A DNA stretch of 64,000 bases, taken from assembly GCF_018977255.1 (NCBI RefSeq), contig NW_024704742.1:6760001-6824000 (forward strand). The letters are read 5' to 3'. Below the pieces are notes generated by a model, which was not told the origin of the DNA, ran no database searches, and saw nothing but the letters and a program-made list of their open reading frames with translations. The stretch is from Callorhinchus milii (Eukaryota). Position numbers and translations under genes: made by a program. Positions 37,306-50,320 of this stretch are shown one piece after another. How positions within the stretch are numbered: position 1 is the stretch's first letter; each line of letters opens with the position of its first letter.

Positions 37306-39974
37306 AAACAGCCAGGGTGAATCAGTTCATTTGGAGGATGGTTGAACCACAGGAGAAAGTCCCTTCTCTTTTTGAATAGTATCAGGGATTCCTTAACATC
37401 GACCCGACAGGACGTTGTTTTAAGATCTCATCTGAAGGACGGCATCTCAGTCAATGCACAGTCCTCAAGCACTACTCTGGAGTGTCTGCCTATATTATGA
37501 GCTCAACGTTCTGATGTGGGTCTTGAATCCACAACCTTCTGACTCAGAGACAAGAGTCTCACTTAAGGATACTCTTATTAAGGAAATTTAAGGAGAGTCA
37601 GCATATTTCATAAGCCCCAAAATGTTTGATAACACACACCCATTAGAAACATTTCTTACAAGTTACACATGCACAAGTAGCAGACTGTAACACTCATATC
37701 ATTCTCCAATGAGAGGGTAGCACTGTATGCCACGTTAGCATTCAGTTGCACTCTCGCCTCTGAGTCAGAAGGTTGTGGGTTGAAACCGTATATTGAGGCT
37801 TTGAATTCATTGTGTCGCTGACTCTAATGCAGTGCTCGGGGGGGGAAGGGTAGAGGTGCTGTTCTTTGAATAAGCTGTTAAGCCAAGTTCCCATTTGTTC
37901 ATCCAGGAGAATGTTAAAGATCGATTCATCAATTCATAGAATATAAGGCTCAGGAACAGGCACTCCAGCCCATACAAAACACAGTCTGACTGATGTTTAT
38001 ACTCCACATGAGTGCCCATCCTAGATCCTATCCTTTTCCCCATATTCCTCAACATTATTCTCTCTTAACCATGCGTCCTGACTTTTTTGAATGTGCACAT
38101 AGTTCTTGCCCCAACGACTGATGGTGGCGGAGAATTCCACACTCCCACCACTCACTCTCTGTGCGAAAAAGCCCATCTTATTCTCTGTTCTGGACCTCAC
38201 AGTTTTAAAATCATATGCCCTATTGTTTTAGGGCTGGAAATAACCTTTACCTACCCACCCTATCTCAGCCTCCTATTGTCTTACATACCTTTACCGTATC
38301 TCCTCTCAGCCTTCTGAACACCGAAGGAAAAAAAAAGTCTATCAAGCCTTTCCCTATAACTATATTTCCTCATTCTGGGTAACATTTGGTGACTCTTCAC
38401 TGCACGACCTTCATTGACCTAATATCTTTCCTATAATACAGAGCGCACTTAAACCCCAGTTAGTCAGACCGATGGGGAGGTGAGATCTAATCCAGTTCGG
38501 TGAGCTGGATTTTCTGGCTAAGCGTAATCACAATACTGGCACCAGCATTTACCAGCAGTTTTGAAAAACAACTCATATATTTTTTTGCTGCTCTGGTTCA
38601 CTGGGGTATAAATATTCCGATGACACAGTCCAGCAAGTGGGAAGAGTTGCAACTAAACACAGCTCAGCATGTGAGGGCCCCTCTAACTGCCTAGTTAGGG
38701 AGTTGAACAAGGTGAATAGACTCAGCGACCAAGCAAAGGGAAGCGTTCCGCAAGGCTGAATCCCAGATGTAAATGAATAGAACCTGGGTTTTATTAGGCA
38801 ATCCACGTGCCAGGGTTTGTGCAGCTCTCAAGCCACACCTCTTTAGGCTGCGTTCTACATTCCCAAAACACTTTCCACTCACGTCAATATCTGCCCCAAA
38901 GTGAAACGTCACAGCCAGTTTAGATCGGATAATAACATAGATAGGCACGCCAGAGTTATTCCCCACTGCACAGCGCAATAACTATTTCCAGAAAAGACAG
39001 AGAAACTGTCATATAAAGTCTGACTGCCTGCTCGTAAAGCATGTAAAGTCTTGGTCCAGAGCACGTGGAATATACATGTGGTTAAACAATGAAAGGTAAC
39101 GATACGTAACTTGGCAATAACAAGAGGCACTTGGCATTACTGTACTAAAAGCTTTGCTCACATTTTTTTTAATCATGAAAAATCATACCTACTTCAGCAG
39201 TTTAAAACATTGCCTCTTACCAATAGTTATTTGAAGAAGTGACCAGAGGGAAAGACGTCACAGGGAGGAATGTTGGTGCTCCCGCTAGTAGAACTTTTCA
39301 GCATGGAAACAAGCCATTTAGCCCCACCTGGTTTCTGTTTCCCTAAAGTTTTGATTCTCTTCTCCATCACGTATACATTATTGGCATACACGTGGGTCAG
39401 ATTTCACAGGTGTAGACGTCTAGTGCTTAAGGGTAAGGCTAGCAGCACCAGTGGAAGTTAGTTGTCTACTTGTGGGTTGGAGTGGCCTATGTGTCGTTAA
39501 GTATGAGAGTGCCTGTGAAGTCCGCTGTTAGTTCACATGGGAAGGAAAATTCAGCAGTGGGGTCACCTGAGGTGCTTTGTCTTCATGTATGTGCGATGGA
39601 TTTTGACCTTTTTGCTGAGGAAAGCCTTGGTCCCTTCTTTCCTCCTTTAAGAATGCCGCTCTGCACTGCATTACGACTTCCGCTGGGTTGGGAGACGGTC
39701 AATAACCTTCCACTTATTTCTTCCTGCCACCAGCTTCCAGAGCCTGCACAGCCCGTAGGGAGGACACTTGGCCCTCTCAATTGAGTTGTTGTTATCTAAG
39801 CAATAAGTGATAGCATTGGGGTATTAAGATTGGAACAAAATGCTTCCAACCACTCAAGTGGTGTCATACGTTTGCCCATTTTGCGTTTCTCCCACAAACT
39901 ACGCAGCCAATCCACTTTGCAGTATATCTTGTGAAATGCTTTGAGGCATCTGAATGATGTGATCAGGCACTACA

Positions 39975-40490
39975 TTGAATACAAGGATCGTCCACACATT
40001 CATAACATCGAGGCTTGACTATGTAAACTCCTTGCTTGTCGGACTCCCCAACTCGTCCCGCCGTAGGCTGCAGATCATCCAGAACTCTGCAGCCTGTGTC
40101 CTCTCCTGCACTAGGCTCCGTGACCCTTTCACCCCCATCCTCGCCCGACTTCACTGGCTTCCCATCACACAGAGGATACAGTTCTCGATGCTGGTCCTCA
40201 CCTTCAAAGCCCTTCATGGTCTTGCTCCCTCCTACCTTTCTGACCTCCTAACCCCCTACCATCCTGCCCGCTCCCTCTGCTCAGCGGGCTCCGATCTGCT
40301 TCACGTCCCCCGCCTCGCCTGCCCTCCATTGGCGGGTGGGCCTTCTGCCACTCTGACCCCACTCTCTCCCTTGCCTCCTTCAACACCCATCTCAAGACCC
40401 TCCTTTTTGACCGTGCTTTCGATCAACCTGCTTCCCCCTCTGCCCTCCGCCCTCTCCGATCCCAACCCCCAGCTCGGGTCCGAAATTTTG
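39975..40490 (+). mobile_element. L2 LINE 3' ORF2 fragment
   Basis: VHTFITSRLDYVNSLLVGLP..RLQIIQNSAACVL..TPILARLHWLPITQRIQF..FKALHGLAPSYLSDLL, a typical L2 C-terminus. Confidence 0.92.
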
Positions 40491-40604
40491 TTGTTTTTGC
40501 TATTATTAGTATACCTGCAGGATCAGCTACAATAAAATGGCACTCCATGGAAGTAATATTGATAGATCCATTGGCAGAAGAAAATTCTAAATGAAGCCAC
40601 TCTT

Positions 40605-40889
40605 AGGCAAGTTTCCTTACTCTACGTGCCTCTGTTTACCTTGCAGTAAGCAGGAACTCGGTTGGAAATCGATTGGTGGATCGCTTTCCGGGAGTAATAA
40701 TCACTTAAAAAAATAATAATTTGTTCACTCAATCCACGACTGTTTGTGGGACGCTGCTGTGTGCGATTGGCTGCCATATTTTGCCCACAAAATATACAGT
40801 CAATTCACTTTACAGCATATTCTGTGAAGCGCTTTAAGGCGTCGAAAATGTGAAAAGGCACTGTATGAAATGCAAGGATTATTATTATG
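40605..40889 (+). mobile_element. SINE variant A lacking head
   Basis: Starts at GGCAAGTTTCCTTACTC and runs to the tail. Confidence 0.88.
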
Positions 40890-41042
40890 AATTAAACAAA
40901 TATCATTAAGGTTTTGACTACATTACCTCAGATGGTTTTAACACATAAAATTCCACCGTGAACTCCTCTGCCAAGTTGATGGAATCAACTTGATATATGG
41001 AATATCATAGAAAAACCCTTTACTTTCATTTAGCTTTCTTTT

Positions 41043-41355
41043 GGAGTCCTGTAGCTCAGTGGTCAGAGCACTCGCCTTGCAAACAAGACACCCGGGTTCA
41101 ATTCCAGGCAGAGGGCGAAACCTTGGGCAAGTTTCCTTACTCCACACAGAGCCTAATAATAATCCATCCGAAACAAAACAATATTAAATTGGTCATTTTC
41201 AATCCACGACTGTTTGTGGGACGCTGATGTGCGCAATTGGCTGCCGCGTTTTGCCCACAAATATACAGTCAATTCACTTTACAGTATATTTTGTGAAGCC
41301 CTTTGAGACGTCTAGAAGAATGTGAAAAGCGTTATATGCAAGGATTATTATTTTA
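41043..41355 (+). mobile_element. SINE with short B-type body but A-type tail
   Basis: A box TAGCTCAGTGG, B box GGTTCAATTCC, body CACACAGAGCCTAATAATAATCC, tail TTTGAGACGTCTAGAAGA. Confidence 0.9.
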
Positions 41356-42299
41356 TAAGGAGAAGGCAAACACAAGCCCACTGTCACTGAAAATAACTGT
41401 TAAACCATCTATGAATTCAGAGCAATTCTGTTGATCTCCGAGTCCGCATGACAATAACAGGTTTAATGCGTTTTAAACAAAGCACATTTTTCTGAAATGA
41501 CTGTGTACTCTGCATCTACAAGGCAAAAATAACAGTATGCCTTTTCATTGCCTCGGGTGTTTGTATCATTGCTCTCTTTTGCATAATGTTCGGGAAATTT
41601 AACTCGCAAGCCATGTTTAAAATCCTTACAGATACACATTCAGCATTTTAAATTCATAGCTGAATAGAATTGTAATGTTGCTTTCAACAAGACCCTCATG
41701 TAATTATACCTTGGATTCAGACCATGAATCCTGGAATTAACATGTTCTCCGCAGGCATATCCGGATAAACCTTCCCTGAACAATATCTTGCACATGTATT
41801 TAGTGTTGCTTTTCATTTACTTTTGTAGAGCTGTTGTTTTAGCAACATTACAACATCCTAGCTGCAGAGCCTTGAGTAATTGACAGGGAGTCTTCTGGGA
41901 TGGTTAACGAGGAAAAGTATAATTAAAGGAAGAAAACTAAATGTTTTATTAGAGTGAAAATAATAATATTTCACTACGTTGCTCTTCAGAATTTTCCCTC
42001 AAGCCTACAGCCTGACCCGAACCCGGCACAAGTCTACAGTGAAAGAACAATGGAAAGCTAAGTAAAGTTTGGCTTTTTCATGAGTACATTGATGCACTGA
42101 ATGAGTTTTAATTTTCTTTCCAGCTTCTGCATGTGACTCTACAACAAGAGCGGGTGTACAAAGGACAGAGCGAGCCCGTCAGTCCAAGTCAATCCTTGTG
42201 AAGTGTGATGCAGAACTAACTTTGGAGTTTAAAATACCATATTAGCAACAGGAGTCTGATTTCAAACAGGAGCCTGATTTCAAAATCCCAGATACACCT

Positions 42300-42680
42300 C
42301 ATAATAATAATATAATAATCCTTGCATTTGATATAGGGCCTTATCCAATCTTTTGAGGCGTCTCAAAGAGCTTCACGGAATGTACTGTAAAGTGAATTGA
42401 CTGTATCTGTTGTGGGTGAAACATGGCAGCCAATTGCGCACAGCAGCGTCCCAGAAACAGTCATGGATTGAGTGCCAAAATTATAATTTTTACATTTTTT
42501 TTCAAAGGCTTATTGCCCACGGAAAGCAATCTGCTAATTGACTAACAACCGTGTTCTTTCTTACTGCCAGGTGAACAGAGGCGTGAGGAGAAAGGAAACT
42601 TGCCTAAGGTTTCACCCTGCAAGGAATCGAACCCGTGTCCTTTCACTTGCGAGTCGAGCACAGTAACCAATGGATCCTGG
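42300..42680 (-). mobile_element. SINE variant A, near full length, diverged
   Basis: Reverse-complement match to family. Confidence 0.85.
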
Positions 42681-45294
42681 TTAGTTTGGACATCCCTGAC
42701 CAAGTCAAAGATCACAAGGGAGGACAGAAGCTGCTGCGATATTTGCAAGGACATGATTTCTACTTTTGAGTTAAATAGTCTTGAACGCTTCAGACAGAAT
42801 CTGTCCTGTAGCTGCCACCTCAACAAAGACCCTGAGCAATTTTATGTCTTAAAAACCATACACAACCTGTAAAATTAGGACTCGTTTCCAGGAGCTGAAT
42901 AACAACTCATTTCTGAGTGTTTTTCTTAATAGCCTCAGCTGACTCGTCGACACCTCGATCGCAGTCTGTTTGGAATAAATGAAACGCCTTCACAAATTGC
43001 TCCAGCAGGAAAGGTGAGAGGCTCCATTTCCAAAACCTATTCCTTGACTGGAGGCCTTGGGTAATGGAAATATCTACAGCTCCAGCACACAGTGGCATTA
43101 ATATTAGCTGCTAATTTACTTTCGGAAAGGCACTGCACCCAACGATGTGCTTTTGCATCTGCAGCTGTGTTCCCGCAGTCTGAAATAATCACAATTAACT
43201 GCCAGTTTATTATTAGGCTCGGTCAGGCTCAGAACCCATAAATATAAGAGTGCCACGGCTTCTGAGGATGCCGGCCTGAAAGAGACTGATCCGCTAACTA
43301 GCTCTTTCAACAGGAAAAACTTTTGTAGAATTGAAAACATGCAAATTTTAAAACTTATTAAAAAAATCCAAATCTTATCGAAACCCAAATCTCAGTAGAT
43401 CCTAGATTTGGTCTTGATATAATCAATCAAAAATTCTGGCTCTGTTTCAAACCCATTCCCCTTGCTATTAACTTAAAGCTCAAAGTATTTATTAAGTTTT
43501 AATCCAAGTTGCCTTCACTGACAGCATCATCAATACTTTGGAGTAAATTACAATATTTCTAAACTAGATTTGATGGGTTAATTGCAATTTCCAGTTGAAG
43601 AATATCAAAAGAATATGTGAGATTAACAAAACTGCCAGTTGCAAAATCACAATTTGGAAATAGGGTGTTGAGAAAAAATGTCTTTCTCCTTTAGATATAT
43701 TTTCAGGTCTTCTTCAGGATTTGGGGATTCCCAATCATCTGCGTTGTGAACGTCACAAACCGTGGCTTTCGATATTCTTAAACCGGAAGTCGATGCAAGT
43801 GTATTGAATGTGGTTTCTGAATATTGCAAATTCGGCCCCAATGTCCCACATGTTTTACTGCGCAGTGTGCTAGTCCATCACTGTTTTAAATCACTCCTTC
43901 AATATTTACTCCAGTGACATTCTACAAGGCACCAGCAATCTTGTCACACGTACAACCTCTCTGTACATGCTTAATGGTCCTGATGTTTAAATCTCAGTGA
44001 TCTGAGCTTCCTCCAAGACACTACCCCACGTGAAGGGAGCTTTATATATGCAAGTTGTTGTTACCTTGAAATATTTATAGGTAGAAACATGGGAAAACAG
44101 GATCAAGAGGAGACCATCAGTTTGTTCCACTATCTAATTAGATGTGGAAAGATCTATTAAGCCAATGGCTCATCCTTTTGCAAAACCCTCAATACCTTAA
44201 TGGTTGAGGCCGGATCCATATTCACTTTCAAGAGAGAACTAAGTAGTTATCTAAACATGATTAATTTTCAGGGGCATGGCAGAAAGGGAAGTAAATGAAT
44301 GAATGGATTGCTGTTTCAAAGTGTCAGCACAGACACAATGGGCCAAATGGCCCATATTGTACTGTAGATTTCTATTGGTCTTACCTCTGCTACCCAAGTA
44401 TTTGTCTCCCTTTTAAACATCCCTACCGAGTACTTCAGCTCTAACCAACCTTAACCCAAACATGGTGTTGATTACTTGAAAACTGCTCAATGGTGCCTGA
44501 CTCTGCAATGAGATGTATGTTATACTCAATCTTTTCACATCCTTATTTCCTGTTAGTACCTTGGAGTCTTCAGCAATTGACACTCGAAGAAGACACGCTT
44601 ATAAATAAAGGTTTTCTTGCAAACCTTTTTGCATGCAAATGGAATCAAAATTCAGGAAACATCTCAGTGCGGACCTCGTAGAGTTGTATAACATTCAAAT
44701 GGAATTGCAATCTGTGGAGTTGCAAAGGACAATTTCAGGATTGACACTATGAAGTATTTCTTTACTAAGTTACCAGGAAAGATGTTTGAGGTCAGGATGC
44801 TGGACTCATTTAAAAAACAGCTTGATGTGGTGATGGGAAGATGGTAGGGTGGGTGTTTCTGAAGGATGAGATCAGATGGCCTTCCTCACCCAAACCAATC
44901 TTGTGATTTTATAAGGTGGACAGGGTCATAAAGAACGTTCTTGTCTACATGTCCAGAAAAAATCAAGGACAAAAGTAGGGAAGTCATTTATATAAAACCA
45001 TTGGAAATAGATTGCGTCAGAGCACAGTTTCCACCACTGGCTTGACGTATTTCTGGTTGCCAGACCAAATCCCTTCTGCATGACTTTGATTTATTACGAA
45101 ATACCACAACTCATACTTATGAGCAATTTTGACCACTAAGAACTGAGTTAGACTGCACAAGTCGATTCTACATAGCCCAGCGCAGAGAGAGAGAGATATT
45201 CACACACAGAAAGAGAATTTCATTCCATGACTACACTGAAATCCCAAAGGTGAGAGAACTGTAAGTCCAATGACAACCCGCCCTCCATTCACAC

Positions 45295-46534
45295 ACACAC
45301 ACTACCTCCAGATTCTATTTAATTTAAAGCATAAATGAATACTGTATTGCTATACAGGAAAATTGAAGCATGTAGGACAATTCCTTATAATAACCAAAAA
45401 TACAAAATCCTTAAATCCTCACACAGTAAAAACAATCCTTGTGCTTGCAGCCGTTAAACCAGCATTTGTAAATAAATAGTTTATTTCTATATTTGGCATT
45501 TATGTGTACAAAGGATACAGTATGTTACACTTATATCAAAAATGGAAAAAAATACTGATGTTACATAAGTAACAAATGTAAAAAGTATTCAATCTTACCT
45601 TCCCTGAAAGTAAGAAACTTGAAACAAAACTTGTATTTTTTAAACTTCATAAGAAAATATCATCAGTAACAAATACAGAGAGCTGTCTTTTTTTAAAAAA
45701 AAAGTTACTAAAATGGTATAAAAGAATCCTGGAATTAGAACATGAGAAAAGAACACAAGGGTTTGCACCAGAATTTCAAGGATTAGCTCTAAGCCAAGCT
45801 AGGTCTGCATTGTTTTAATACATAAAAGTTTCCGTCACAATGATTCCTTGACAAAACAACGATCAGTCCGGTCCCATTGCCTCCCAACAGAGCAAATGTA
45901 ATCGGAATTCTGCCTGATGGTACCAGAACAGAAAGAGTCTTTATCCCAGGTTGGGAGCGAATGATTCACTTAGTGTCATGACAGCAAAACACGATCTTCC
46001 CTTTAAAAACTTCCAGAGGTGAGAAGTGGGGAGGATGATGGTGGAAGGGAGGAAGAGGGGAAGGAGGTAGGTCAAAGGGAGATCTAGACCATGGCAGATC
46101 TGAAGCAATCTATCAATATTGGCACAACTGCACAAAGTGCTGGCCAACTTGTGGGCTCCTTTGAGTGCCGGTGGTTGAACGAGTAACATACTGTGCTCAA
46201 ATGAATCAAGCACACATGTGTTGGGTTTTTTTTTTCGGCTCTTACAAAAATGTCAGGAGAAAGATCCCGCATCTGCAGAACACAAACATTGCTGTAATCC
46301 TCATCTGCTTTCCGCAGTCGTCCAGGGGTTGTGCATTGCAGTGCGAACCCTGAAAGAAATGTTCATGTAAAGAGCAAAATTGTTCGTAAGCACAAAATTA
46401 CAGACTGCGGCATCTGGAAATGGTCGACGAATGCAGGGCAAGGTTTTAAAGAGGAGTCCGTTACTTACAGGTTTTCATTTACAGTGGCAGCTATTACGTT
46501 TCTTTTTAAAATTAACGGTCTATATAAATTATAT
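45295..46534 (-). other. FAT4: FAT4 3' UTR (approximate extent)
   Basis: Repeat-free AT-rich sequence after the stop codon, ending near the candidate poly(A) signals. Confidence 0.6.
45318..45323 (-). promoter_or_regulatory. Candidate FAT4 polyadenylation signal ATTAAA; an alternative AATAAA lies at 45480-45485
   Basis: Minus-strand ATTAAA is followed about 15-30 nt downstream by a (GT)n tract (plus-strand CA run 45290-45302), the usual downstream-element geometry. Confidence 0.5.
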
Positions 46535-48419
46535 CTATACATATTCTTCTGCTTCGTTAGACGTAGTTGCACTTTGAGCAACGTTGTTTAATGCTTCTTC
46601 TTTTGCCTGGGCCGCCATGTTTTCTGGAAGTGACGCAAGGTCTTTGAAAACATCCACGTAATTCCCAAACCCGGGGCCCCAGTTTAATAGACTGTCCCAG
46701 TTAAAAGCTCCGGTCACAGTTGCCTGTGGTCCAAGCTTGCCCTGTGTCTTATAGTCTTCGCAGCCTGCCTGCTGGACGGCAGAGCTCCCTTCGGCTCTGC
46801 GACCATGATACCTCCGTGGCTTCAGTTTGCCACCGTAATTATCTTCGTCGTCCGCGTCCGATTCGTTGACTTGAGACAATTTGGGCATCCGCGAGGTGTA
46901 CACGGTGGGCTTTTCCCTGTCGTACTCAAACTCCGAGCAGGTGAAGGACTCGTGGGAGTCGCTCTCGGAGGAGGAGTCGGGAGCGGGCGTGCCATCGGCT
47001 GGGTTCCTCATTCTGGACAGGGGTCTCCTGCAGTCATCGTCGGACGATGAGCGGCCGTGATCTGCGCTACAGATACTGGGGTTCCTGGGGCGAGGGGTGT
47101 TGAGTCGCTCGACCTCCTCGATGGACAATCCCACCGGAGGGGTGTTCTCCATTGGGATCTGCTCGATGGGCTGCTTTAGGCGGCTGCCAGGCCTTGAGCT
47201 GTGACCATGACCTGCCATGGCCTGCGGGCTCTTACTTCTCCTGCCGAGCCGGGAGGGGTAGTTAAAGATGCCCGGCTGACACATGTCGGAATGGAGATCG
47301 ATGGGGCTCCCCTCTCTCCTGGCCAGATGCAAATCCCGTGCTGGGCTGTTCCGGTAGAAGCTTCCCGGCTTTGAGAATGGGGCAGGGCTGTGTCGGGAGA
47401 GCGGGTTGGGGTTCTGGCAAGCGGCGTGGCTCAAAGGGGTCGTTCTCAATCCTTGGCTGTAAGAAGGCTGGTAGCTGAGGCTACTCGCTCCGAGTGGGAG
47501 TGGAGATTGCCGGGCAAATCCCAGCGGACTGTGCCTTTGGATAGAAAATTTAGGCGTGTGACTGCGGAAGTGTTTATAGTGCTGTATGATGTCCGCGTCC
47601 GATGGAGCGATGCTGCTCGCGTTTTCAATGTCGTAATGTTCAAGCTCTGCTTCCGGCCCGGGACAGGGCTGGCCGCTGGGTAAGGTATCAGTCGCATGCG
47701 CAATGTCTGACTCGTCAAAGATCAGATAGGGGTTTTCCCGTTCGATTATATCAGGTTTTGGAACTCCCTCGGGCTGCTTCCTCACAGTCAGATCTTCGGC
47801 GTACGGGGGCAGGTTATCTGGGTCGTCGAAAGCTTCGTTCTCGCTCCCCTTTTTCTTCTTCTCTTTCTTTTTCTTGCCTTCTCCTCTTTCGTGGCTCTGG
47901 CCTTCCTGCCCCTGCACTGATTGCAGATTATCAGGCTGAGGACGACCAGAGCCAGGAACGTGGCACAACTGCCAACGATGGTAGGGACGGCCCAGAGAGG
48001 CAGAGACAGCTCTTCCTCTTGAGGCTTGGGACTGCAGGTGTACCCTTTGTTCGCGTCGGCTTTGCAAGCGGTTCCTTGCGGGCACTGGACACCAATACAT
48101 GCCACCACCATCTCGCACGTTTTACCGGTGTATAGCTCTGGACAAGTACAGGTAAATCCAGATCTAAGAAGAGGCTCGCAGATCCCACCATTTTGACAAG
48201 GGTTGGTGGCACATTCTCCGGGCGGGACACATTCGTAAGTGTACCACTGGTTGACGCACATCAGTCCACCCCAGCACGGATTGCTTGCACACACATTAGG
48301 CCCTCTACATCCGATCTTGACTGAAGGATCACTTCTTGATATTGCAACGTCACGGTGCTTTCCACTGAAGGGCAGAGTTTCACCATTGTATTTTACGTAG
48401 GAGATACAACCGTCAAAAC
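46535..48419 (-). CDS. FAT4: FAT4 terminal coding exon: end of LamG domain, EGF-like repeats, transmembrane helix, whole cytoplasmic domain with C-terminal EEYV; apparent 1-nt frameshift near 47877
   Basis: Acceptor ctgtcttccag|GT at 48419. Reads GFDGCISYVKYNGETLPFSGKH...LWAVPTIVGSCATFLALVVLSLIICNQCRG, then in the next frame KEKKKKGSENEAFDDPDNLPPY...FNWDSLLNWGPGFGNYVDVFKDLASLP...AEEYV with TAG at 46535-46537. These are recognisable vertebrate FAT4 sequences. Confidence 0.97.
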
Positions 48420-48929
48420 CTGGAAGACAGACAATAGACATATTTGTCACAAGAGGTTTTCCAGTCAAATACATGCCATAAACAAATTAAGCCTTATATT
48501 CTTTATGAAAATTGTTTGCTGTCACTGCTTTGATTTGTCCACGTTGCTCATTCAGAACTTTGCAGGCCGTAAGTAGACCGATATATAATTGCTACACAAA
48601 TAACAAAAAACATTAGATGAAAAAAAGTCCCACACAATGTTATATATAAGACACACCGAGGATAAATAAGAGAAGAAGACTTTTGTTGACATATCAAACA
48701 TTGTGAATACAATGGAAATGTTCTGTGCAATGGGAATGCACTTGATCAGACTGCTTGCAATGTTCGATTGGTAGCCCAACCAAACACAAGGAGTTTGACC
48801 AAATCTATTAACAAGGAACTTGATCAAACACTTTGAGAAGACAACCAATCGAATCCATTAATAAGGTATCAGATCAAGCACTTAAACAAGTGCATCAGCC
48901 TGGCGATCACCTCTGGCATGAGGTCTTGG

Positions 48930-49046
48930 TTTATAGAGGCGTGTGTGTGAAGTAAACGTTGCTCAACGTTTCGCCCTGCCCGGAATCAGACCTAGGTCCT
49001 CTCGCTTGCGAGGCGAATGCTCCAACCACTACGGTACAGGACTCCC
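48930..49046 (-). mobile_element. SINE head fragment in the last FAT4 intron
   Basis: GGAGTCCTGTACCGTAGTGGTTGGAGCATTCGC in reverse complement. Confidence 0.8.
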
Positions 49047-50111
49047 CTAGCACTGGAGTATCAGCCTAGTTAGCCTAGACCCTGAGAGTTCCAAGTCCCA
49101 ATGTGGGCTATGAACCCATGACCTTCTGCCTCAGAGGCGAGAGTGCTACCAACTGAGCCAGGTTGACAACATTAACCAGGGATCTGATCAAACATTAGCA
49201 AGGGATCAAACATATTAACGAGGGATCTGATGAAATCTATTGCCAAGAAGCCGAATCAAAAATATTAACAGAAGTGCAGTTGAGGCACAGTAATAATAGA
49301 CCCGCTCAAACCCATTCCCAAGGGCCACTGTTAAACACATTCACATTGCAAGAACAGCATTTTCAAATAAGAGCTAATGCCCGACCAAACATATTTTCGA
49401 TGCATGGGGACTGCAATCAGCTACTTTGGCAGCTACAGTATGAACCCAAAGAGAAAATAACTTTTTTTTTCATCAATTTTAAATACCTGACAGCTTATAT
49501 CATATAAGCTGATGTTATTAGACACAAATATGTTGTAAATTTAAACTAAAATCAAAGCAGCTGTTGAAAGGATGCCAGCAACATACAATAGCTCCTTTGG
49601 AAATGATTAATGCTTGAAGGTTTTTAGTGAATCATATCTTTTATTTGTTTATAACAGAACAATTTGTACATGTCAACAGGAAAGATCAAAGCACAATTGA
49701 ATGGGGGAAAGACAACAGTAGGTATCACTCACTGAATGAAGAGGATAGTTTAAACGTGGGGAAAAAATGGGAGTGAAAGTGGCTCTCAGAATTTATAGTC
49801 CATACAAGTTTTTAAAGCTAAGTACTTGTTTCCTCTCAAGGAAGTTAGTTTTAACTCATTGGGTGGTTGTGTAGAGGCACAATAACATTTTGTTTTGCTG
49901 TTGAATTATTTTCTCTTTTTTTAAAAAAGGAAACTTAAGTTTGCTAAATAAACAATCTACGTTAGATGTATGATGCAGTCCAACATCACAGTGGTTTGCT
50001 GCTGCCCTGTGTCAGGGCATGGGAGGTTAGTCAGCTAAGGTCACAGCCTCTCATGCACTGACTTCCTGATCTTGGCCAGGTTGTCGGTAGGAGCAACAGA
50101 GCCAAGGTCAA

Positions 50112-50320
50112 CAATAATAATAATCCTTGCATTTGATATAACTCCTTATCATGTCTTCGAGGCGTCTCAAGATGCTTCACATGATATATTGTAAAGTGAA
50201 TTGACAGTATATTTTGTGGGCGAAAAGTGGTGGCCAATTGCGCACAGCAGCGTCCCACAAACAATCGTGCATTGACGTGACCAAATTATTATGTATTCAT
50301 TTATTTGAAGCGATTATTAG
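50112..50320 (-). mobile_element. SINE variant A 3' half
   Basis: Tail and 3' region match. Confidence 0.85.

Noticed and set aside
41043..41115. Functional tRNA-Ala gene (also 33020-33094, 8470-8544)
   Set aside because: No complementary acceptor stem or terminator, and each continues into a SINE body.
43647..43841. 64-aa minus-strand ORF as an exon of another gene
   Set aside because: No recognisable domain or convincing splice sites, and it begins at a MITE-like GGGGCCGAATTT end.
47850..47880. Programmed -1 ribosomal frameshift site
   Set aside because: No canonical X XXY YYZ heptamer in the incoming frame, and FAT4 orthologs as I know them are continuous here.
47881..48118. N-terminal part (MRDGGGMYW...) of the 527-aa ORF as a separate gene
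   Set aside because: Out-of-frame extension created by the frameshift; the real upstream sequence is in the 47788-48474 frame.
46805..48135. Plus-strand ORFs of 81-177 aa over the FAT4 last exon
   Set aside because: Antisense shadows of GC-rich coding sequence with no recognisable protein features.
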